Of a stretch of 64,000 nt of DNA, positions 56,416 through 64,000 are shown piece after piece. Both the position numbers and the translations under genes were made by a program. Location of the stretch: positions 428,978,001 to 429,042,000 of the forward strand of contig OZ024740.1 of NCBI GenBank assembly GCA_964016885.1. Direction: 5' to 3'. Each line of letters starts with the position of its first letter. Positions within the stretch are counted from its first letter, which is position 1. Under the pieces are notes generated by a model. That model made no database searches. It was not told the DNA's origin and worked only from the letters and a program-made list of their open reading frames with translations. The DNA is from Eledone cirrhosa. Lineage: Eukaryota.

Positions 56416-56454
56416 ATATATATAACATTTATATATATATGTTTTATATGTTTT

Positions 56455-56506
<52 letters not shown>
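56317..56506. repeat. Interrupted (TA)n microsatellite
   Basis: Direct read. Confidence 0.95.
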
Positions 56507-56511
<5 letters not shown>

Positions 56512-57432
56512 TCAGGTTATCAATAATGTAGTGATAATATATCCTCACGTTAGAGATGAACATCGTACGTGTAGGTTTGCTCAACGAGTATAAATTATAT
56601 TCCGGAGAAAATGTAGAAAAGATGAATATAAAATGAAAGTGCTTTTATAAAGAAATTTATTAGGTATTGACATATGTTTCTGTAACAGACGGAATACCTA
56701 TGTATCGCTGCTTGCGTAATCATATAATGTTAGCAAGTATTCGATAGCAAATGTATAATCAGTTGTCACTTCTTCAAAGATATTGGATAAATTGGAAAAA
56801 ATCAGAAAAATTGAAGTATTTATATTAGTTGTAAGAAAGGAAGAAGAGAAGGGATAGTATATGACAGATGGCAATTCAATTTACTGGTAAACAAGTATAT
56901 AAAAGATTTCTAATGAGAATACAATGAGTATATGTTTTATTTTATCTAAATAAGAATTTTTGAGAGTGCCTATTTTAATCTATACTTGACCAATTGAACA
57001 ATGGACAGGGCTGGTCATTTGGTATAGTAGTATTAATAGATATAAAGTGTCAATTAAGGAAGAGGGAGATTTTCACTGCTACTGAATAACAACAATGCTG
57101 GTAGCCTGCTGGTATATGCATTAGGGAATTGAATTAAGAAATCTCATTTTATCTATAGCAGTTTATATTAAATGGTAAAGAATAGAAGAGTTGATAGAAT
57201 TAAGACTAATAGAGAATGTTAATATGTAATTTGACAATCAAACGGAGATGGAGATAGGCGTTCAATCCTGGTAGTGTTTGTAATATGAAAATGTAGATTT
57301 CAAGCGATGGTTACAGTATAACGATTGCTCTATTCTGTTATTTAATAAAATATTTTTTGATTTCATAATACAAAATAATTCTATATTACACAGTTTACAA
57401 AATTCGTTAGGGTAAAACGAAACGTTTTTTAC
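56507..57432 (-). mobile_element. 5'-truncated Penelope-like element: endonuclease C-terminus + 3' UTR with HHR (PLE-C)
   Basis: Minus-strand 57432-57262 translates ...FCKLCNIELFCIMKSKNILLNNRIEQSLYCNHRLKSTFSYYKHYQD* (CxLC...E...LLNxRxE...CxH motif, as in PLE-D); HHR-like motif near the 3' end; terminates in (TA)n. Confidence 0.8.
56665..56784 (-). ncRNA. Hammerhead ribozyme-like motif (type I, degenerate) with about 90-nt stem II
   Basis: Minus strand: TTGAAGA (C3>U), long imperfect hairpin GTGACA...TATCG...CTTGC...GCAAG...CGATA...TGTTAC, then GAAACATATGTC (palindromic ACATATGT stem III, GUC site); stem I imperfect. Confidence 0.65.
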
Positions 57433-57634
57433 CTATCAGGGAAATTAGATTTTTTGATGAGCAAGTGAAGTGATTTTTTACAGTAAAATTTTGTCCTGAT
57501 TTAAATGTATACGTGTTGCCTTCAATGAGGTGAGTGCAGGTTCCACAATTAGAGCGACGACATTATACCAACAAATGCGACAGGATCTATTTCTTCGATA
57601 AGGTAGCATATACAGAGTACGAAAATAGACATAG

Positions 57635-58329
57635 AAGAATAGATCGCGTCGCATTTGTTGGTATAACCCACCATATAATATGGAGGTGGCCACACCATTA
57701 GCTAGGATCTTTCTATCCCTTATTACAAAGCATTTTCCCCCTACACATAAATATAGTAAAATTTTTAATAGAAATACTATTAAAATTTCTTACTCTACGA
57801 CTCCTAACCTTGCACATAACATCACAGCTTCAAATTTAGCTAAACTACCTAGCCGTAGGAACACGTGCAACCCTGTAGTTAGTACTAACTGTAATTGTAG
57901 GAATCGGGTTGATTGCCCCTATCCGGGAAATGCCTCTCTAGTAACATTGTCTACAAATGTAAGGTTGTAATACCCACGTCCCGTAGGGCCTACATAGGGT
58001 TAACCGCCAATAGATTCAAGCAGCGTCTTTACATGCATACCCATTCTTTTCGTTACCCTCTAAGAAGGAATATGACGTCACTTTCAGCTTATATCTGGAG
58101 TCTAAAAGACAACCACACCCAATATAAGTTACACTGGGAGATCCTAGCTAGGGCTAGATCGTATAACGGAAATAAAAGACCATGTGACCTCTGCGCCGCT
58201 GAGGCCCTGGAAATACTCTACGCCACAGACCACATCTTAAACAAAAAATCTGAGGCAATTTCGGCTTGTAAACATAAATTGCACAAAACTTTCCTGTATT
58301 ACAGCCCTACGTTTTACCCTAACGGATAG
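57635..58329 (+). pseudogene. PLE linker + GIY-YIG endonuclease domain, single frameshift, RT domain missing
   Basis: RRICWYNPPY...FLSLITKHFP...IFNRNTIKISYS...CNCRNRVDC/PLSGKCLSSNIVYKC...AYIGLTANRFKQR...CDLC...LNKKSE...CKH. The two track ORFs join by restoring one C in the run at 57916-57919. Confidence 0.92.
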
Positions 58330-58910
58330 CACGAACTATACGTGGATATTTACGTCTTGATGTGGGAGCTAAGTATATGTTTTGTTTATTCCTTTACTTT
58401 TTGCATAGGTAAGTATATATTACCCGTATGTTTTGTGAAGGTATGTATACCTTCTCGTACGTATATTTGACTGTTTTGGCGTATCATTTTTACATATTCT
58501 GGTATTTAGGGCTTGGTTATGTGTATATGGGAGTTTTGCGTCTGCGTGAGTATGCAGGTTCGTACGTATGGTGGGTGTGTGTATATGTGTACTTCTTGTT
58601 TTAGTTGACTTACGTCTCCGAACCTTCATGTATTTATTTGTAGGTATGTGTGTGCGCTTGTTATATACGTATTTATTTACTTATATACGTTTATATAATT
58701 ATTTATTTATTTGTACACAAGCATACACACATGCACATATTTATATGTGCGTGGTTTTGTATACCTATGGTAAGGTTTTGCGTATGCTTGTGTATGTACG
58801 TATCTGTTTGCGTGTATGTATTTATTTGTTCCTATTACTTCTGTATTGTATTTATTTACTTTGTTCTTAACTCTGTAGCGGAGATTCATTCGGTCTCCTA
58901 GTTAGAATTT

Positions 58911-59176
58911 TAGTCTACGACTTCTGCTATACCATTTACGTGGTTTTGTCTTTGCACGCTATTGTTCTCCACGCTCCACATATGACTTATTATCTTCGTT
59001 TTTTCGTTCATTGCCAGAGAACGTCTCTATGCACCACTTAGAGAACATTAGTCTACGACCTCTTTTATACCATAAACGTGATTCTGTCCTTGCACGTAAT
59101 TGTTTTTCACCGCTCCTATTAATGACGTATTATTCGTTTTTTCCCGTTCTTTGCCAGCGAACGTCACCATGAACCA
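58911..59176 (+). repeat. Diverged tandem duplication (138-bp period, 2 copies) in PLE-D 3' UTR
   Basis: TAGTCTACGAC...TTGCACG...TTGCCAG.GAACGTC starts at 58911 and 59049. Confidence 0.85.
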
Positions 59177-59254
59177 AAGTATCGTCTTCCTGTCTTCCGC
59201 CGGTTGCAACGTTTTTTGAAATATCCAGTTCTGCGTTTACAGATTGACTTTGTT

Positions 59255-59305
59255 AGTTTCAGAAGATCCCGTTAAGGGTGAAAGCAGCGATTCTTTGCTT
59301 AAACT
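59255..59305 (+). ncRNA. Type I hammerhead ribozyme, variant core (U4>A)
   Basis: AGTTT-CAGAAGA-T-CCC gttaa GGG-T-GAA-AGCAG cgattct TTGCT-T-AAACT: stems I, II and III all pair; predicted cleavage after CUU (59300). Confidence 0.75.
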
Positions 59306-59414
59306 TTAATCTGTTATTTTAATAAATATTTGCTCTTCGGTTCTTATATATTTGATATATATTTTCCTTATCGAGCCCTCTCTGGATTTTAGTCTTCAAT
59401 TTTATTATTATTAC

Positions 59415-59415
<1 letters not shown>

Positions 59416-59491
<76 letters not shown>

Positions 59492-59502
59492 ATATATATA
59501 TG

Positions 59503-59550
<48 letters not shown>

Positions 59551-59567
59551 TATAAATATATATATAT
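59416..59567. repeat. (TA)n microsatellite
   Basis: Direct read. Confidence 0.97.
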
Positions 59568-60188
59568 GGACACTCCGCACACCATCTCACAGTCTGTGGC
59601 CTACTCCAGTGCCACGGAACACCCGCCCATCGCCTCACGGTCGAACAACGTACTATCTTCATCTTACAGACCCACACCCCACCCGGCCTGAACTCCCCAC
59701 CCTTATTCCTTTAGCGTTCGACCGCCCCCTCCCCCACTTATCCCCCACTAACACCACTAACACACCCCTCCTTTTCACCGCCCACCCTACACTAACAATA
59801 CTAACACCCCCACTCCACCCCTCATCTAACCACCCTTCCCCAACTAACATACTAACATCCCTTCCCTCCCCTCTTCTCCTCCTCCCCCTCCTTATCACAC
59901 GCACACACTTACACCACCCACCCCACACGCAACTAACATCACTAACACCCTCCAACCCCACGCACACGTACCCACACACCCTCGTACACCACCAACTCTA
60001 CACACCCTACCCCCACTAACCCCCACTCACACCTGCATTCCACCCCTCCCCACCTCCCGTCTACTAACACCCACTAACACCTCCTCACCAAACTACACAC
60101 ACACCAGTACACCACACTCCCTCCATAGAACCACACACACCCTTCTCTCCCCACTCCACACTCACTCATCCCACTAACACGCCTACTA

Positions 60189-60190
<2 letters not shown>

Positions 60191-60238
<48 letters not shown>
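60191..60238. repeat. (CA)n microsatellite
   Basis: Direct read. Confidence 0.95.
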
Positions 60239-60241
<3 letters not shown>

Positions 60242-61074
60242 CCTCACTCCAACTCTCACACCTACCCATCCTCGCCTCCCTATCATTCCGCTGACTGCTG
60301 CTATGCCCTTCCGACCACTGTCTCAGCACCCACTGACCACAGCACTTCCACTGCTGACCACTTCCTGTTGCGCGCGCACCCCACATCTCTCCTCTTCCGA
60401 CCACCGCTTCTTGGATTACCCACACGCGTTTTGACTTCCAACCAAAATCTCCATACATCCGTGTAACTTACCACTTTTCAACCATCCTCTAACACCATCA
60501 CCTATATAACTCACCCACACACACATCCCAAAACAAATTTTTTTATCCACACGCCACCCACACCCACAACACGCTTAAACCACACACACGTGCTTCCCAC
60601 CACATATTTACACCCTCAGCCCCCTGATTCCTCTCCCCCCACCCCCTATCCACACACGCACAGACCCTCCGACACACAAAAACACCCCCCACACACACCT
60701 TCCTGAACATGCAACCCTGTTCTTCCCCCAACCCTCACTTTCACATACACACACACACACACACACGCACACCTAACCACACACACCACCTTCAGCCCTC
60801 CCCGCTCGGACACCCCGTCTCCCTCTCCCCACTCCACCCGCCTCCACCTCTACTCACCCCACACCCTTCCACCACCTGTTTACCCCCCTTTTAATTTCAG
60901 TTTATTTTGATCATGCCTTTATTTTTAAATGTTCTCATTCCTTGTATTTTGATCATGCTTTATTTTTATTTATTATTTATTATAATTTTGTCTTTATTTG
61001 TTAATTTTTCATTCGCACCGTTTCCTTTCGCTATATGTCTCTCCACCACTCCCCTACACACCTTTTGAACTCTT

Positions 61075-61107
61075 ACCCGAAGAAGGGCTTATGCCCGAAA
61101 CGTCGTC
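61075..61107 (+). ncRNA. Minimal hammerhead-like motif (degenerate)
   Basis: CCGAAGA-A-GGGC ttat GCCC-GAAACGTC: U4>C core, 4-bp stem II, palindromic ACGT stem III, stem I only about 2 bp. Confidence 0.6.
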
Positions 61108-61191
61108 CTCCACCTACCCCCCACTCTCCTGAGCGTGAAGCTAATAAACATTTGTCGTACTGCCTCTCTGTTCTGTCCCTGTTCAATTTTT

Positions 61192-61227
<36 letters not shown>

Positions 61228-61231
<4 letters not shown>

Positions 61232-61797
61232 AGCGGAGCAAGCGGTTATCAAACAATTTTCTAAATAAATTAAAAAACGATTTAAATAATCACCTGTTCT
61301 ATTGCTGTTACCGACGGTTTCACCATTCCAAATATTGGAAATCCAGAGAATTTCCAATGGAAGTTGAATAATGCTACTAATTTTAGTGGCAGTATCAACA
61401 CGTTTATAATAAACAGCTATTATCTGCGACCTGATTTTGCGTGTGTGTCATTTTAACGGTTTGACCGCATGCGTTGGGCAGGAAGCGAAATATTTACTTT
61501 CTGTAAGGCTGGCAACCTTATAGTATGGAAATAAGCTGTCTGAAGATCCATTTCTTTCCATTGGAAATTCTCTGGATTTCCAATATTTGGAATGGTGAAA
61601 CCGTCGGTAACAGCAATAGAACAGGTGATTATTTAAATCGTTTTTTAATTTATTTAGAAAATTGTTTGATAACCGCTTGCTCCGCTCTTTTTATATTGTT
61701 CTGGTATCTCAAATTAGTACCGTCGAACCACAAATATTATAAACACCTTGCATATTTCTACAAGTACTTAGTGCCTGTTGAAGTATTCATCCACTTT
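61228..61797 (+). mobile_element. Non-coding PLE-type end: 135-bp inverted repeats plus about 107-bp unpaired tail, with HHR (PLE-F)
   Basis: 61228-61362 is the reverse complement of 61556-61690 (no mismatch seen); sequence continues to 61797; (TA)n on both flanks. Confidence 0.75.
61535..61614 (+). ncRNA. Type I hammerhead ribozyme with intact core and extended stem II
   Basis: GCTGT-CTGAAGA-TCCA...TTCCA TTGGAAAT tctctgg ATTTCCAA..TGGAA.TGGT-GAA-ACC gtc GGT-A-ACAGC: stem I GCTGT/ACAGC, stem III ACC/GGT, predicted cleavage after GUA (61609). Confidence 0.85.
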
Positions 61798-61830
<33 letters not shown>

Positions 61831-61870
61831 GTATATGTATATATATATATATGTATATGTATATATATAT

Positions 61871-61927
<57 letters not shown>

Positions 61928-61970
61928 TGTTTATATCTATATATCTATATATATATATATATATATATAT
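61798..61970. repeat. Interrupted (TA)n microsatellite
   Basis: Direct read. Confidence 0.95.
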
Positions 61971-62802
61971 ACAGACATACACGTAGCTGGAAATTAGCCC
62001 CGTCTTTACTCGGTGTTTCTCGCTTTATTTGTGTTCGATCTGGCTACAGCTATGAAGTTTTCATATAAGAGTACAGTGTTATCGAAGATGAGGCGATATG
62101 AATGTAACTGGAATTTAGTAACCAATTGGCCAGCGTTACAGACACAGTCACAGCTTCACAAACATGCTCACACAGGTATATATACTCCGCCATATACACA
62201 TACATATACATGTCTCTTATATGCTTATGGAGTTTATTAAACATGATTTTGTATAAATGGAATATTCTTGTTTGTGTGATACTGAAGTAAACCATTTTGT
62301 TTCAAGGAGAATAATGTGTCTTGACTAACGTCAGAGAAACACTAATAATGATGTATCAATAGACACACCATTATACAATCACTGTTTTGTAGTCTTCTTA
62401 AAGAAAGCGGCGAATTTTCTTCGTAGAATTAATCGGTTAAACCATAAGAAATTAATCCTAAGAAGGAAAATAGACGAGAAAACGATCACAATCTTATTAG
62501 TGTGTACGTTTAGGAATGTGTGTATGTATGTGTATAAACATTGTATTTTGTGTGATTATATTTGTGTAGGATATTACAGAAGTTTGTTGAAGGTAAGCAA
62601 TTGATAGAAAGCTGTGGTCATGGAGAGTTCATGGAAGAGCTGTAAGACATGACATATTTCATCGTTCTTACGATACGGTATCAGAGCATTAGAAATCTGG
62701 CTAGCTAAAATTGGCATAAATGACCATTGTCTAGGTAACACAATCCGATTTATACAACTTTTAAAACATTTGTTATTTGTTGTTACTCGCTAACTTCATT
62801 AG

Positions 62803-62805
62803 TTA

Positions 62806-62865
<60 letters not shown>
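62803..62865. repeat. (TA)n microsatellite
   Basis: Direct read. Confidence 0.95.
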
Positions 62866-62868
<3 letters not shown>

Positions 62869-63134
62869 ACAAATACAGCGGTGTCTAGAGTAGCAAGAGG
62901 GAGAATGTCAAAGAAAATCCAGATTTTAAGCATCTTTACATAGAATGTTTTAATCAAGGAAGTATAATATTAAATATGTTTTACTATAAACACCATCATT
63001 TTCGACGGGTGCCGTGATAATATTAATAATAATATTAACAATGATAATAACATCAACAAAATCCGAGCTATTGTGTTAGAGTCAAAATGACCAGCAATTA
63101 GCTGTGGCATCTCTCTAGAAAAAAATAACTTTCA

Positions 63135-63930
63135 AACTATAGGAAAATAGGAGAAAACAATAGGAAAATAGGAGAAAGAAAACTTATTGAACGATAGAAT
63201 GAATGTTAAATAGAAGTGAGAGAAATAAGGAAAGAAAGAAAGATTAGAAGAATAAAAGGAAGAAAAAAGAAAGAAAGAAAGAATAAGGAAAGAAAGATGG
63301 AAAGAAAGGAAGGAAGGAAGGAAGGAAGGAAGGAAGGAAATGGAAAGAAAGAAAGAAAGAAAGAAAAGAAAGAAAGAAAGAAAGAAAAAAGAAAGAAAGT
63401 ATAAAGAAAGAATGATTAGAAGAATAAAAGGAAAGAAGGAAGAAAAATGAAAGAAAGAAAGGAAGAAAGAAAAAAAGAAAGGAAGAAAGAAAGAAAGAAT
63501 GAAAGAAAGAGAGAAAGAAAGAAAAGAACGAAAGAAAGAAATATTAGAATAATAAAAGGAGGAAGGAAGAAAAAGAAAAGAAAGATAGATAGATAGAAAG
63601 AAAGAAAGAAAAGAAGAATGAAAGAAAGAACGAAAAATGAGAGAAATGTGTGGAAAAAAAGGAGAAAGCCTGGGAAAATTAGGAGAGATAAGGAGAGATG
63701 GGAAGATAAAGGGGGTGGTATGAGACAAATGGCGGCGGGAATGTGTTGGGAGATAAAGGGGGGAAGTATGAGATGAAATGGCGGCGGGAATGTGTGGGAA
63801 GGTAAAGGGGGAAGAAAAGGGAAGGATATGAAATGAGAGAGAAAAATAGGAAGAATAAGAAGAGGAAAGAAGGGAAAGGCTAAAAGTAAGATGAAATAAA
63901 ACAAAAGGAATAAGAAGAAAGAAGGGAAAG
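63135..63930. repeat. Polypurine low-complexity tract, (GAAA)n/(GGAA)n, containing a roughly 50-bp direct repeat at about 63700-63815
   Basis: Direct read; GATAAAGGGGG..GTATGAGA..AAATGGCGGCGGGAATGTGT occurs twice. Confidence 0.9.
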
Positions 63931-64000
63931 AATATTTTGTTGTTGTTGCAGTGGACGCATGCGTTTACAGATCTTCCACTTAAAATGGGATTTTACGAGG

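Larger units (their letters stand above)
57563..59415 (+). mobile_element. 5'-truncated Penelope-like element with GIY-YIG endonuclease, about 1.1-kb 3' UTR and HHR (PLE-D)
   Basis: Coding remnant at 57635-58329, short 5' inversion, T-rich UTR, HHR at 59255-59305, ends at (TA)n. Confidence 0.88.
59568..61195 (+). mobile_element. 5'-truncated Penelope-like element of a different (Neptune-like) lineage with C/A-rich 3' UTR (PLE-E)
   Basis: 59568-59714 translates [48 protein letters not shown] (R...E..I..L.T..P.GLN end motif of PLE GIY-YIG endonucleases); C-rich UTR with (CA)n; minimal HHR-like motif near the end; (TA)n on both sides. Confidence 0.8.

Noticed and set aside
55867-56526. IYIYIY ORFs here and at 59319-59691 and 61778-62068
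   Set aside because: Translations of (TA)n microsatellites.
58420-58901. Short ORFs in the PLE-D 3' UTR
   Set aside because: Low-complexity TG/TA-rich sequence with no motif.
59715-60890. Telomeric or interstitial telomere repeats
   Set aside because: C-rich, but no tandem CCCTAA or CCTAA array.
61073-61986. Two ORFs sharing [43 protein letters not shown]
   Set aside because: The identity comes from the 135-bp inverted repeat; no recognisable domain, and both run into (TA)n.
63132-63904. F/S/L-rich 'membrane protein' ORFs
   Set aside because: Translation of the polypurine/polypyrimidine simple repeat.

Overview
Eukaryotic (animal) repeat DNA with no intact host gene; the SINE and LINE content resembles octopus/cephalopod repeats (inference from recalled motifs). 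Positions 1-52642 are one uninterrupted head-to-tail 54-bp satellite (about 975 monomers; it starts before the window) built from variable-length multi-kb duplications. On the minus strand the array runs seamlessly out of the 3' end of a decayed R4/Dong-like non-LTR retrotransposon, so the monomer looks like an amplified piece of that element's ORF end/3' UTR. The last 11.4 kb is a dense cluster of retroelement remnants: five copies of a tRNA-derived SINE, a three-level 16/17-bp minisatellite, many (TA)n tracts, and about six Penelope-like element (PLE) remnants. Five of those remnants carry hammerhead ribozyme (HHR) motifs or half-motifs, one with an intact core, and three show fold-back inversions. 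Almost all ORFs in the supplied track are repeat artefacts.
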